Shown: positions 49,332-59,945 of the stretch, in pieces
Numbering within the stretch: position 1 is the first letter of the stretch
How the letters are laid out: each line of letters opens with the position of its first letter
NCBI GenBank assembly: GCA_964539655.1
Contig: CAZIJH010000002.1
Coordinates: forward strand, 8,741-72,740
Origin: an uncultured archaeon
Lineage (GTDB): Archaea; Aenigmatarchaeota; Aenigmatarchaeia; CG10238-14; SCSR01
Direction of reading: 5' to 3'
DNA length: 64,000 bases
The notes under the pieces: model-generated
Databases searched by the model: none
Told to the model about the DNA's origin: nothing
The model's input: only the letters and a program-made list of their open reading frames with translations
Position numbers and translations under genes: made by a program

Positions 49332-49925
49332 ATGGAAGAATCTCATCCAATACGGCAGGACATCGTTCTGAAAATGGTCGGCAATCCACAGAAAGTCTTG
49401 AACCTCGGCGACGTGAATGACAGCTGGCTGACAAAGAAGCTGAAAGAAAAGTCCGAAGTTACAACGATAGACGTCAGACCGAATGCCGACATAAAAGCTA
49501 ATCTGGAAAACAGAATACCCCTGGACAACGAATCGTTCGACCTGGTCGTTGCAGGAGAAATAATAGAGCACATCTACCATGCAAAGAATCTTTTGAAAGA
49601 AATATCCAGAATTCTCAAGCCGAACGGGCATCTTATTCTAACAACTCCGAACATCTGCTCGCTTGCAAACAGAATAAAAATGATTTTCGGAAAGCTCCCG
49701 TCCAACTGCGCGTCCGCCGACGAGTTTGATCCAGAGTTCGGCGGCCACATAAGAGATTTCAATCTCGATCTTGTAAGAAAATTGCTAAACGAAACTGGAT
49801 TCAAAATAGTTTCTGAAAAAACAGACGGCGTCATCATACGCAACAGAAAAATATTGCCGTTTTCGCCAAAGACGTGGGGGTTCAGCATAATAATTAAAAG
49901 CGTGAAGAGCAGTGTTCAAGTATGA
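49332..49925 (+). CDS. Class I SAM-dependent methyltransferase
   Basis: FDLVVAGEIIEH, RILKPNG. Confidence 0.85.
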   Translation: MEESHPIRQDIVLKMVGNPQKVLNLGDVNDSWLTKKLKEKSEVTTIDVRPNADIKANLENRIPLDNESFDLVVAGEIIEHIYHAKNLLKEISRILKPNGHLILTTPNICSLANRIKMIFGKLPSNCASADEFDPEFGGHIRDFNLDLVRKLLNETGFKIVSEKTDGVIIRNRKILPFSPKTWGFSIIIKSVKSSVQV

Positions 49926-50896
49926 AGATAGTAGTCCCGTTCTATCCAATTGATGTTAAGGGGAAGGAGGATTATTTCAAACTCGCTGCCGACGTAACGG
50001 GCGGTGAAATGGTTTCGGTCACGGGAAAAAGCAATCTCGAAATCATAAAAAAAATTACCGGAGAAGATGTCCACGCACATGGAAGAGGGTTTCCTTTCCC
50101 CGAATCCTGCGGGATATTTGCAAAAAAATCGATATACACGCCGCACTTCAACACTATAGGCCAGACATGGTGGACGAGGAAAGCTAGGAGGATCGTTTTC
50201 AACAGGTACAACAAAATAATCGCGCTCACAAAGTATGCGAAAAATAATTTTATCAAAGAAGGAATAGATTCTAAAAAAATAGAAGTGCTTCCTTTGCCTG
50301 TTGATTTTGATTTCTTTTCAAAGAACAGAGACGGAAAAAAATTCAGAAAAAAATTCGATTTGGGAAATGAAAAATTTGTGTTGGCTGTCGGAGCGCGCGG
50401 CGTGAAGAATCCTAAAGTAATTATCGATGCGTGCCAGAAAGTTGGGATAAAACTTGTTTTTGCAGGGCACAAAAATCCGAAGGACATCAAAAAGGGATTC
50501 GAATGGCTGCTTCCTCCAAAATTGGCTAATTTGGATAACGTAATATTTACCGGACTACTTTCACGCGAAGAAATGAGAGGCGCATTTAGTTCAGCTACTA
50601 TATTTGCAAACTCTTCAGACTACGAATCATTCGGACTTGCAGTGTACGAATCGGCAGCCGCTGGTTTGCCAATGTGTCTTCCAAAAATAGGAACGTTTGA
50701 CTTGTTCAACAATTGTGCATTGTTCCACAATAGTAAAAATTCAAATGAGCTTGCAAATAATATTGAAAAATATATTGATGACAAAAATTTGTTTAACAAA
50801 AATAAGAAAGGGGCAAAAAGAATATCAAAGAATTTCAATTATCCTATTGTGAGAAAGATGCATGAGAAATTCTATCAGGAGGCCGGAGTGATATGA
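49922..50896 (+). CDS. Glycosyltransferase family 4
   Basis: SDYESFGLAVYESAAAG. Confidence 0.85.
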   Translation: MKIVVPFYPIDVKGKEDYFKLAADVTGGEMVSVTGKSNLEIIKKITGEDVHAHGRGFPFPESCGIFAKKSIYTPHFNTIGQTWWTRKARRIVFNRYNKIIALTKYAKNNFIKEGIDSKKIEVLPLPVDFDFFSKNRDGKKFRKKFDLGNEKFVLAVGARGVKNPKVIIDACQKVGIKLVFAGHKNPKDIKKGFEWLLPPKLANLDNVIFTGLLSREEMRGAFSSATIFANSSDYESFGLAVYESAAAGLPMCLPKIGTFDLFNNCALFHNSKNSNELANNIEKYIDDKNLFNKNKKGAKRISKNFNYPIVRKMHEKFYQEAGVI

Positions 50897-51999
50897 AAGT
50901 CTGTCTGAGGCGGGGATACCATCACATGTTCGACGAGCTTGTAAATCATCCCCCGAAGGGAGTAACTTACGAAATTCCGAAACTCGTTTCCCCATCAAAG
51001 CAGTCTGGTTTTAAGAACGAGCTAAAGAGAAAAATTTGGAGAATCTATGCGAACACTTTCAACCAGCCGAACAGTTTCTACATCCCTTCTGTCGGGAACG
51101 CCGATCTCATACATTCCGGAAGCGGATTCCTAATTAAAAATAAAATGCCATGGGTCATTGATTTGGAGCATGTCGCTTCGTTTGTAGGATTCCAGACAGG
51201 ACGGCTCGATAAAGTCAAGACAAAAGTCGAGAATGCATTGGCTTCCCCATTCTGCAAAAAAATCCTTCCGTGGACGCACGCAGGAGAGATGTCCATAAGA
51301 AACTCTCTCGACACCAGCAAGTTTGACGATAAGATAAAAATTGTATATCCTGCAATGACTCCATTGAAAGTAAAAAAGAAAAAACATGACAAGACGAATC
51401 TTCTTTTCGTCAGCATAAGATTTTTCACGAAAGGCGGTATGGAATTGCTACAGGCGTACGATGTTTTGAAAAACAAGATGGATGTAAATCTCACAGTGAT
51501 CAGCGATGTTCCTGAAAAATTAAGAGAAAAGTATCAGGATGTCGAATTTCATGAGCCCAACATCCCAAGAGAGAAAATTCTCGACGAATATTTTTCGAAG
51601 GCCGATGTTTTTGTTCTGCCATCATACATGGATACTTTTGGAATGGTGTTTCTCGAATCGATGAGCGCCGGAGTTCCGATAGTGAGCACGAACGTGTTCG
51701 CAATCCCGGAAATGATCGAAGGTGCAGGTCTGATCACAAATGTCGACAAATATTCCTGGTACGGAAAAGATTACTTGTTCGCGTGGAAAACTTGGGAGAA
51801 GTTCTCGCATTATGTCGAAGTCAAAAAGAAGCCCGAAGTTGTAGATTCCCTGGTTGAGAATATTTCAACCATAGTCAACGATCAAGGCTTGAAAAATAAA
51901 ATGATCAGGAACGGCAGGGAGAAAATAGAGAAAGGCAAGTTTTCAATCCAAAATAGAAACAAGGCGCTGAAAGAAATCTACGAAGAGGCTGTCTTATAA
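50893..51999 (+). CDS. Glycosyltransferase family 4
   Basis: PSYMDTFGMVFLESMSAG. Confidence 0.88.
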   Translation: MKVCLRRGYHHMFDELVNHPPKGVTYEIPKLVSPSKQSGFKNELKRKIWRIYANTFNQPNSFYIPSVGNADLIHSGSGFLIKNKMPWVIDLEHVASFVGFQTGRLDKVKTKVENALASPFCKKILPWTHAGEMSIRNSLDTSKFDDKIKIVYPAMTPLKVKKKKHDKTNLLFVSIRFFTKGGMELLQAYDVLKNKMDVNLTVISDVPEKLREKYQDVEFHEPNIPREKILDEYFSKADVFVLPSYMDTFGMVFLESMSAGVPIVSTNVFAIPEMIEGAGLITNVDKYSWYGKDYLFAWKTWEKFSHYVEVKKKPEVVDSLVENISTIVNDQGLKNKMIRNGREKIEKGKFSIQNRNKALKEIYEEAVL

Positions 52000-53574
52000 T
52001 TTCTTGAGAGCGTAAACTGTACCAGAATTCTCTCCAAAGGGCAGCAAACCAAAGTAATCAACCGAATGGATTTCTTCATAACCGTCAAGTACGCTGAAGG
52101 AAATAACATACTCGTCGCTTATGCTGTATCCCCATCCGTGCCAGTTAACAGCTCCCGGAGGATCGTTGCACTTCACGAAAAACTTTTCCGCATTGTATTC
52201 GAACCCGCCGTCAATCAGATTCTCGTCAACTCCGCTAGACAAAAGATAGTTTATGTTGTCCCATCTCGCCTGGTTCCAGTTCCAATAATCGTACAATCCG
52301 TAGAAGGACCACGCAGCGAAAATTATTATTCCAACTGCCAAAAATTTCCTACCATATCGCAAATCTCTTATCGAGTGAAGCATGAACGGCAGCATGAGCA
52401 CGATAAAAATCATCAAATACCTTTCATAGAAAGCCTTGATGAAAAGTATCGCTAAAATTTCTGCAATCAAAATGTAAAAAATGAATTTGTATTTCTTGTC
52501 GTTGGCAAGCGAGAGGGCATGAATCAGGATCGACGTTGCACTCACCATACTTAGCAGCGTTATGGGAACCCAGAAAATTTCTGGAAAGATATTATTTTTC
52601 TCACCTGAAATTGCATTCACAGTTGCACCCAGTCCAAGATTGCTTGAGAGAGACGTCGAATAAAATATAGGATCTTTCTGAACGATGTTGATGAAGAGTA
52701 ACCATCCAATCATCGCGACAACTAGCGAAGTTACAATTATTTTGTAAATATTTTTCAGCTTCCTGAATTCCGAGACGACACTCTTGTAATTAGCAATGTA
52801 AATCAAACTTACTGGAAGGAAAAAGTATCCTATGAATAGTCCTCCTTTCCCGAGCGTTCTCAATATGTTTCCGCCGAGAGTGAAGTAGCTAGTGATGCAG
52901 TCCGACGGTCCGTGAACGTAATAGTACCAGTAGAACCACAGGGAAACGAGCGATATCGGAAGTATTATGAGCAGCAAAATATTTTTCAGCTTCAGAAGTT
53001 CGCTTCTCTTGTTGAGCATATAATATAGTGCCAAACCGAGTATCGGTGCAAGTCCATACTGCCTGATGCCGAATGCGAGTGCCGAGAATATTATTCCGAA
53101 TAGAATATATTTGTACTTCCTTTCCTGCACACCGTTGTACATGAAGATGAAAGACAGTGTGACCAAACTCAGCGCCGGAACGTCCGTCATGAAAGTGTGG
53201 CTGAGATAGAAGTAGACCGGGTTGAAAAGAAATAAAAGTGATCCGAGAAATGCAAATTTCCTTCCGACAAGCTTTCTCAAGAATATGTAGACGGATACGA
53301 CGGTTATTCCACTCAGAATTATTGTAGCTATGATCAAACTCGAATGGCTGAAACCTATGATGCTTGATACGAGCGCGCCGTAGAGTCCTTGCAGCACGAA
53401 TGTCATCGAGATGTTGGCATGCAATCTGAAATTTCCGTTAAGAAAATTTTCAACTGTGCTATAGTATGCGTAGTCGTCTCCCGACGAGAAATTTTTAATC
53501 GGAATTATCAAAAGGCTGGCGAAAACCAGCGGAATCAAAATGAGTAGCAGCTTGTCTTTGAACATCCTAACCAA
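51994..53574 (-). CDS. GT-C membrane glycosyltransferase (PMT/ArnT-like)
   Basis: GDDYAY after TM1, FMTDVP, many TM helices. Confidence 0.8.
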   Translation of the reverse strand: MVRMFKDKLLLILIPLVFASLLIIPIKNFSSGDDYAYYSTVENFLNGNFRLHANISMTFVLQGLYGALVSSIIGFSHSSLIIATIILSGITVVSVYIFLRKLVGRKFAFLGSLLFLFNPVYFYLSHTFMTDVPALSLVTLSFIFMYNGVQERKYKYILFGIIFSALAFGIRQYGLAPILGLALYYMLNKRSELLKLKNILLLIILPISLVSLWFYWYYYVHGPSDCITSYFTLGGNILRTLGKGGLFIGYFFLPVSLIYIANYKSVVSEFRKLKNIYKIIVTSLVVAMIGWLLFINIVQKDPIFYSTSLSSNLGLGATVNAISGEKNNIFPEIFWVPITLLSMVSATSILIHALSLANDKKYKFIFYILIAEILAILFIKAFYERYLMIFIVLMLPFMLHSIRDLRYGRKFLAVGIIIFAAWSFYGLYDYWNWNQARWDNINYLLSSGVDENLIDGGFEYNAEKFFVKCNDPPGAVNWHGWGYSISDEYVISFSVLDGYEEIHSVDYFGLLPFGENSGTVYALKKL

Positions 53575-54223
53575 CTTTCTGCCCTATCATCAGCAGAGTC
53601 ATACCCATATGTAATTTTTCTGCGGCCTTTTCGATGATTTTGTTTCCCGATTTTCCTTCGCTGAACGGGTTCCTGAAAAGGATTTCCTTTATCGCGATTA
53701 TCTTGAACCCGTATTTCTTCATGAATTTTCTCGCTTCGAATCTTGAGATTGCATCCTCTTTCTGCAGCATCTGGAAAACTGACGTCATCGGGTTCAGCTT
53801 GTTCGGCTCGCAGAAGACAAGATAGCCGTTCGGCTTCAGTACGCGCCTTATTTCCTTGAACATCCTGTCCCTGTTTTTCACGTGATGTATTATGCTCACT
53901 CCGAACACCATGTCCATTGTGTTATCTTTCAGTGGAATATCCGTTGCGTCTGCGACGACGTAATCGCATTTCACTTCTTTCCTCGCAATCTCGATCATCT
54001 GAGGATCTATGTCGCTCGCTATAACGTGGTCGAAATCTTTTGCAAGAAACTTCGTATAAATTCCGCTTCCGCAGCCCAGCTCGAAAACTTTCCACTTTCT
54101 GTTCTTTTTCAGAATCTCGAAAATCTTTTTGTACTTGTCGTAATGGAATCCGCTCTTAGGGTTCCTCGCTATGTGATAATATTGCGCTCCCTTCGATCCA
54201 GAAATCTTGCCGATTATCGACAC
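53567..54223 (-). CDS. Class I SAM-dependent methyltransferase
   Basis: ELGCGSG, RVLKPNG. Confidence 0.88.
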   Translation of the reverse strand: MSIIGKISGSKGAQYYHIARNPKSGFHYDKYKKIFEILKKNRKWKVFELGCGSGIYTKFLAKDFDHVIASDIDPQMIEIARKEVKCDYVVADATDIPLKDNTMDMVFGVSIIHHVKNRDRMFKEIRRVLKPNGYLVFCEPNKLNPMTSVFQMLQKEDAISRFEARKFMKKYGFKIIAIKEILFRNPFSEGKSGNKIIEKAAEKLHMGMTLLMIGQKVG

Positions 54224-54227
54224 GGTT

Positions 54228-54905
54228 TCACCTGAACATCGCCCTCAGGAGCATCGATATCATGTTGTATCCGTGCCTGAAACTTTTCATCTTTGAATAT
54301 CCTTTCTTCCTTTTCTGGTAATGAATAGGAACTTCCTTTATTCTCAGTCCCATCTTCTTCGCCTCGAGTATGTATTCGAAATCTGGCCAGCTGTTCTCCT
54401 TCAGATTTTTTTCTATCGTGTTCCTTCTGAACGCCTTGAACCCGCACAGCGTGTCCGTGAGCCTCTGTCTTATCATCATCGATACGACGAGAGCGAATCC
54501 GAAGTTTCCTATAACGTGCAACTTTTTCATTGCGCCTTTCTCCATCGGAAGGATCATTCTCGTGCCGTTCACGAAATCCGCTTCGTTGTTCCTTATCGGC
54601 TTTATGATGTTGAGAATTTCTTTCGTAGCCATGTCGGCATCCTGCACAACAATTATTTCTCCGCTTGATGCTTTCATTCCAGCCCTTAGAGCGTATCCTT
54701 TGCCGCGATTCGGCGTATAGCTCACAAGTTTTATTCCCTTTATCCTCGAAGCGACTTCATCCGTCCTGTCTCTCGAACCGTCATTGACAACTACGATCTC
54801 GTGGCTGACATCTTTCATTACCTGTTTCACTTTGTCGACGCATTCAACAAGGCCCTGCTCCTCGTTGTATGCCGGGATTATGACGCTGACTTCAGGATGT
54901 TTCAT
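54228..54905 (-). CDS. GT2 polyprenol-phosphate glycosyltransferase (DPM1-like)
   Basis: IPAYNE, DGSRD, QDAD, DTLCGFK. Confidence 0.88.
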   Translation of the reverse strand: MKHPEVSVIIPAYNEEQGLVECVDKVKQVMKDVSHEIVVVNDGSRDRTDEVASRIKGIKLVSYTPNRGKGYALRAGMKASSGEIIVVQDADMATKEILNIIKPIRNNEADFVNGTRMILPMEKGAMKKLHVIGNFGFALVVSMMIRQRLTDTLCGFKAFRRNTIEKNLKENSWPDFEYILEAKKMGLRIKEVPIHYQKRKKGYSKMKSFRHGYNMISMLLRAMFR

Positions 54906-54937
54906 TAAATCAAATCCGATTCTTTTGTATTAAAATA

Positions 54938-56305
54938 TTATTTTTTATAAATTATTGTTTTGTCTGTCCTGAATCCGACCTTGAAATCGTCCTGGTTCGC
55001 AAACGGATCTACATATGGAGCTTCGAACAATGTCACCATCACGCAATTAACGCTGTGTTTGACAGCTATCTCCAACGAAGAATTCAGATCAGGCCTGAGC
55101 GGGACGCTCTCAAATCCGCTGTAATACCAAACTTGGGTCTTGGAATTGCTCATAACAGGAGAATTACAGTTGTCCTTCGTCCACATGATCGAACTTTTCG
55201 CTTCTGCATATCTCGGATAATTAGCAAACACGCTAGCGAAATAAAATCCGATGAAAATGTTTGCGAGCATCAATGAAATGAAAATATATGTGCCGATTTT
55301 CTTGTACTTCTTCAATATAGTCACAGTTCCCGCAGCGCCGACCAAGAATGCAAGCGGCAGAATGTGGACAAGATATCTTTCCTCTGCCACTTTTCCGAAC
55401 ACGAATATCTGCGCGAGAAATAGAATTGCTATACCTGCAAGGATGAGAATCCAATTCTTGTTGTTCCTTACTTTGTAGATTCCGTACAGCACGAGAGGGA
55501 AGGAAGTTCCGAGCACGACGAAAAGATATGGAATATACAGTAATGTTACTGAAGGGTTGAATCCCAAATCGGACGAAGCCTGGTGGGCCGACCCGCCTAT
55601 CGGATTTCCGAATACGTTCAGGTTGAAAATTATCCACGGTGCAATCACAAGCAACGCGACAATTATCCCGACAGCGAAATTCCTATCTACAAGTATCTTA
55701 ATTTTTCTTGAAAGAAGAACATACGATAAAAGCAGAATTATCAGCAAGGCTCCGTACTGGTATCTTGTCAGGAATGTCAGCGCCGCCAACAGGGGAACAG
55801 TAACCAGATATTTTTTATTTTTTAGCGCGTAGAAAAACGCGATTAGAGAAAGGACGAAGAAAAATATTGCCGTGCTCTCTGTCAGCGGCCTTGTTCCGAG
55901 CAAAAACAATGCTGGATTGAAAAATGCGAGCAATGCAGAAATCTTAGCGATTTTCTTGTCGAACAGGATCTTTCCGAGATAGTAGAAAAGAATTATCGAT
56001 AGAGAGCCGAACAGCGGTCCTACGATTAATGCCCCGATTTCTCCGAACGCAAAAAAGAACGGCGTAAGTATGAGCGGATGCAGCGGAGAGATGAACCTTT
56101 CCTCGTCGTCAGGATAAGTGACTGTCTCGTTGTTCACACTGTATTCAAACGGCGCATGGCCGAACTCTCCTGTCATCGCCATCTTCTTCGCGGTGTAAAG
56201 GTAGAGCGACTCGTCGACCCCGAATCCGTCCGACATCAACGCGAATGGGAGCTTGAGCAACAGGCTAGCAACGAAAATGATTACCAAAAAATTTCTTTCT
56301 TTCAT
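54938..56305 (-). CDS. GT-C membrane glycosyltransferase (GT39-like)
   Basis: DESLY, PLHP, LTE, ERY; multi-TM. Confidence 0.8.
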   Translation of the reverse strand: MKERNFLVIIFVASLLLKLPFALMSDGFGVDESLYLYTAKKMAMTGEFGHAPFEYSVNNETVTYPDDEERFISPLHPLILTPFFFAFGEIGALIVGPLFGSLSIILFYYLGKILFDKKIAKISALLAFFNPALFLLGTRPLTESTAIFFFVLSLIAFFYALKNKKYLVTVPLLAALTFLTRYQYGALLIILLLSYVLLSRKIKILVDRNFAVGIIVALLVIAPWIIFNLNVFGNPIGGSAHQASSDLGFNPSVTLLYIPYLFVVLGTSFPLVLYGIYKVRNNKNWILILAGIAILFLAQIFVFGKVAEERYLVHILPLAFLVGAAGTVTILKKYKKIGTYIFISLMLANIFIGFYFASVFANYPRYAEAKSSIMWTKDNCNSPVMSNSKTQVWYYSGFESVPLRPDLNSSLEIAVKHSVNCVMVTLFEAPYVDPFANQDDFKVGFRTDKTIIYKK

Positions 56306-56973
56306 TTGTGATCCCTCGATAGTCTGACGAGCATCCTGAAAAATGCAGGTATCTCTTTCCTCCCGAGTTTGGATTTTCCTATTTTCCTGTTAACGAATTT
56401 TATTGGAATCTCCGAAATTTTAAAACCGTTCTTGAAAATTTTGTAGAGGATTTCTATCTGGAAATTGTAATCTTTGCTCGAGATCTTTTTAAGATTTATT
56501 TTCTTGAAAATATTTTTTCTGTATCCGCGGTATCCGCTAGTCGGGTCCTTGATCGGCATGCCGAGAACCATTCTTGTGAGCACGCTGGCCCCAGAACTTA
56601 TAAATTTTCTGTCGACGCCCCAGCCTTCCACCTTTCCTCCTGGGATCTTCCTCGATCCTATGACCATGTCGTTAGTTTTCAAACCCTTCAAAATATTCTT
56701 GATGTAAATGGGATCGTGGCTCAGGTCGGCGTCCATTGTAATTATGAAGTCTCCGCGTGCGGAAATCATTCCAGTTTTCAAAGCTGACCCGAGACCGCTA
56801 TCTTTCTGTCTGATGACTCTTGCCCCAGCTTTTTTCGCACGCGAAGGAGTGTCGTCATTTGATTTGTCGACAATTACGATCTCGTGCCTAGATTGTTTGA
56901 GAACGCTATGGATGCGATTGATGAGTTCTCCGATTCCTGGCTCGTTCATTGTCGGGATTATTACTGATATCAT
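56302..56973 (-). CDS. Dolichol/polyprenol-phosphate mannosyltransferase-like GT2
   Basis: MDADLSHDP, GSR, DPTSGYRGY. Confidence 0.88.
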   Translation of the reverse strand: MISVIIPTMNEPGIGELINRIHSVLKQSRHEIVIVDKSNDDTPSRAKKAGARVIRQKDSGLGSALKTGMISARGDFIITMDADLSHDPIYIKNILKGLKTNDMVIGSRKIPGGKVEGWGVDRKFISSGASVLTRMVLGMPIKDPTSGYRGYRKNIFKKINLKKISSKDYNFQIEILYKIFKNGFKISEIPIKFVNRKIGKSKLGRKEIPAFFRMLVRLSRDHK

Positions 56974-57059
56974 TTGAATCAATATTAACAATCGAATTTC
57001 TCGGCTGAGTAATAATACTATAAGAATCTTATTAAACTATTTGAATAGAGGAATGTTAG

Positions 57060-58379
57060 ATGGACGAAAACGAGATTAGAAACCAGATAAACAGTCTCGT
57101 GAAGGAATTCTTTGTTCTCAAAAATCAAAAGAAGAAATTCGTTCCTGGAGAAACTTTTGTCCAGTACTCGGGGGATCTGACAAGCGAAAGCGAGATCAAC
57201 GCAGCTGTGTCGACGCTGCTCGACGGAAGACTTGCGTTCGGCAAGAGAGTCGAGGAATTCGAAAACAATTTTGCAAACTATCTTGGGGTCAAGCACGCGT
57301 CCGCCGTGAGCACGGGGTCGGACGCTTGCATGCTTTCGATGCATGCGATGATGAACAAACATCTTGAAAATCCGATCAAGGCCGGCGACGAAGTTATCGT
57401 ATGCGCGCTGAATTTCGCTACGCCGATAAGTTCGCTCGTTTTCAGCGGGCTGAAGCCTGTTTTCGTCGACACAAATATCAGCAATTATACGATCAACACC
57501 GATAGGATCGAGGAAGCGATAACAGACAAGACGAGGATGATAATCGCGACGCACATTTTCGGAAGCGTGTGCAACATGGACAAGATAATGGAGCTCGCTA
57601 AGAAATATAACCTCCGTGTTATCGAGGATTGCTGCGATGCACACGGCTCACTATACGACGGAAGAAAAGTCGGTTCGATCGGAGACACTGGAGCATTCTC
57701 ATTTTATCCGGCGCACGGAATGACGATGGGCGGAGAAGGCGGAATAATTTCCACGAACGACGAGAACATCCACGACGTGGTAAGATCGATAAGGATGTGG
57801 GGAAGGGCGCTCCCGTGCAAGATATGCGGGAAGGATCTTTCGAAAGAATGCATGTATCATCACAACATTGATCTTGCCGGAATGGAAGACTACGACATCA
57901 ATTATCTTTTCATAAATCTCGGATTCAATTCGAAGATTACAGAGGTGCAGGGAGCGTTCGGACTCGAGCAGCTCAAGAAGCTCGACGACTTCAACAAGAT
58001 CAGGGATTCGAACTTCAATTACATTGTCAACGGACTGAAACCTTACGAGGACGTTTTGGTTTTGCCGAAAGCAGTCGACAAGGCGAAGCCGGCATGGTAT
58101 ACAATCCCGCTCACGATAAAGCCTGGAGCGAATTTCACGAGAAAAGAAATCACCGACGAGCTTGCGAGAGCGAAAATAGAATACAGGTTCCTTTTCACAG
58201 GAAATATTTTGAAACAGCCGGCATACAGAAATATCGATCACAGAGTTTCAGGTTCGTTGGAAAATGCTGATCTCACCACGACGAATTCGTTCTTCGTCGG
58301 ATGCTATCAGGGAATGACTCCGGAAATGAGAGAATACATCGTGCAGACAATGTCAAACTTCTTGGACAAGCACAAATAA
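57060..58379 (+). CDS. rfbH: CDP-4-keto-6-deoxyglucose 3-dehydratase (RfbH/DdhC-like)
   Basis: EDCCDA, SFYPAH (His at the usual PLP Lys position), Cys cluster PCKIC..EC, LFTGNI. Confidence 0.8.
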   Translation: MDENEIRNQINSLVKEFFVLKNQKKKFVPGETFVQYSGDLTSESEINAAVSTLLDGRLAFGKRVEEFENNFANYLGVKHASAVSTGSDACMLSMHAMMNKHLENPIKAGDEVIVCALNFATPISSLVFSGLKPVFVDTNISNYTINTDRIEEAITDKTRMIIATHIFGSVCNMDKIMELAKKYNLRVIEDCCDAHGSLYDGRKVGSIGDTGAFSFYPAHGMTMGGEGGIISTNDENIHDVVRSIRMWGRALPCKICGKDLSKECMYHHNIDLAGMEDYDINYLFINLGFNSKITEVQGAFGLEQLKKLDDFNKIRDSNFNYIVNGLKPYEDVLVLPKAVDKAKPAWYTIPLTIKPGANFTRKEITDELARAKIEYRFLFTGNILKQPAYRNIDHRVSGSLENADLTTTNSFFVGCYQGMTPEMREYIVQTMSNFLDKHK

Positions 58380-58442
58380 TTTCTTCGGATCAACGACGTT
58401 AATTTAAATTGTCGGAATTCCCTTTATCTTTAAAGTGACCTT

Positions 58443-59945
58443 ATGAATTCCGGAGAGAAGCTTGTCGGCAACAGTTTCTTTTTGTTCACGGACTGGTTTT
58501 CGCTCACGGTTTTGTCGTTGCTATACTGGTTCGTGATTGGCAAGACGCTTCCTCCTGAAAATTACGGGATAATCGCGACATCCACAAACCTGATACTGAT
58601 GATCTCGGGGCTGAGCCTAATAGGAATGCAGCTGACTGTGCCGAAGCTCGTTTCAGAGTATGCGCAAAAAAAACAATACGACAAGCTGAAAAGTCTCGTC
58701 TCATTCTCGATGAAGATCGTGATACTCATCGTGTCTGCAATCTCGCTTTCGATGATTCTTTTCTCGGGATTCTTCACGAATCTTTTCAATCTTCCGCTTG
58801 ACGCGCTGATAATAGTTTCAGTCAGCCTGTTCGTCTGGTCCCTGTGGAGCCTGTCGACTTCCATTCTTCTCGGGCTGCAGAACATGAAATACATATTCCA
58901 AACCAACCTCGTGGGAAACATTTTGAGAATTTTACTGGCGGTCGCGATGATTTCCGCAGGCTTTGCATACGTCGGTCCGTTGGCAGCTACGCTGATAGGA
59001 CTTTTCCTGATTATCTTATTGCGATGGAAATTTTTCAGCCTGTACAGTCCGGCGAAAATAAACAAGAAGCAGGTTATAATGAAGTACGCGATTCCCGCAT
59101 TCGTCGCAGGGATAGCAGTCATACTTTTTTCAAACGCTCCCAACATCATACTTAACACGATACAAGGTCCCGCAGTAACAGGATTGTTCGCGATTGCGAT
59201 CACGGTCTCGTCGCCGCTCGCCACAATTCCTTCAACATTCTCTTCCGCGTCTTTCCCGATAGTGTCCGCTCTTTCAACGGAGCGAAATCCAAACAAGAAG
59301 CAGATGAGGCTGATAAATTTCGCAACACGCTACTCTTTCTTCATGACAATCCCGGCTTTCACAATCCTGATCGTTTTTGCTGAAAAAATATTGCTGATGT
59401 TTTCGAGAGTGGAATATCTTCCTGCGGTGCAGCTGATACCGATAATCGCTCTGTCGACAATAGTCTGGGGCGTGGGGCAGATATTCAATTCCAGCATATA
59501 CGCGATAAGGAAGCCTAACGTCAGCAGGAACATAGTGGTGCTTTCGACAATAACATTTTTCGTGATGGCATTCCCACTCACGTACATTCTCTCGTCTTTC
59601 GGCACGGCTGTGTCGTATCTTGCTTCGACTCTTGTGTTCGCGATCCTGAGTTACGCGTATCTGCGCAAATCAATAAAATTGAAATTCGACTCGATGGTGT
59701 TCATGAAAATAATCTCGTCGAGCATACTGTTCGGAGCAATCATTTACTCGGTCAAATTTTTCGACAACATCATAATCAAATTTTTGCTGCTCTCATTGGG
59801 GATTGCCAGCTATTTCGGAATTCTTTTGGTGATGAAATATTATTCGAAAGACGACGCGAGAGTGTTCGAAATAATTTCCATGAAGTCCCCGGTTTTCAAG
59901 AAGCAGATTATGCAGATATCCAAATTCATTTCAGACAATTCCTAG
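58443..59945 (+). CDS. Oligosaccharide flippase (Wzx/MOP superfamily)
   Basis: 500-aa polytopic membrane protein, LPPENYG motif, glycan-cluster context. Confidence 0.85.
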   Translation: MNSGEKLVGNSFFLFTDWFSLTVLSLLYWFVIGKTLPPENYGIIATSTNLILMISGLSLIGMQLTVPKLVSEYAQKKQYDKLKSLVSFSMKIVILIVSAISLSMILFSGFFTNLFNLPLDALIIVSVSLFVWSLWSLSTSILLGLQNMKYIFQTNLVGNILRILLAVAMISAGFAYVGPLAATLIGLFLIILLRWKFFSLYSPAKINKKQVIMKYAIPAFVAGIAVILFSNAPNIILNTIQGPAVTGLFAIAITVSSPLATIPSTFSSASFPIVSALSTERNPNKKQMRLINFATRYSFFMTIPAFTILIVFAEKILLMFSRVEYLPAVQLIPIIALSTIVWGVGQIFNSSIYAIRKPNVSRNIVVLSTITFFVMAFPLTYILSSFGTAVSYLASTLVFAILSYAYLRKSIKLKFDSMVFMKIISSSILFGAIIYSVKFFDNIIIKFLLLSLGIASYFGILLVMKYYSKDDARVFEIISMKSPVFKKQIMQISKFISDNS

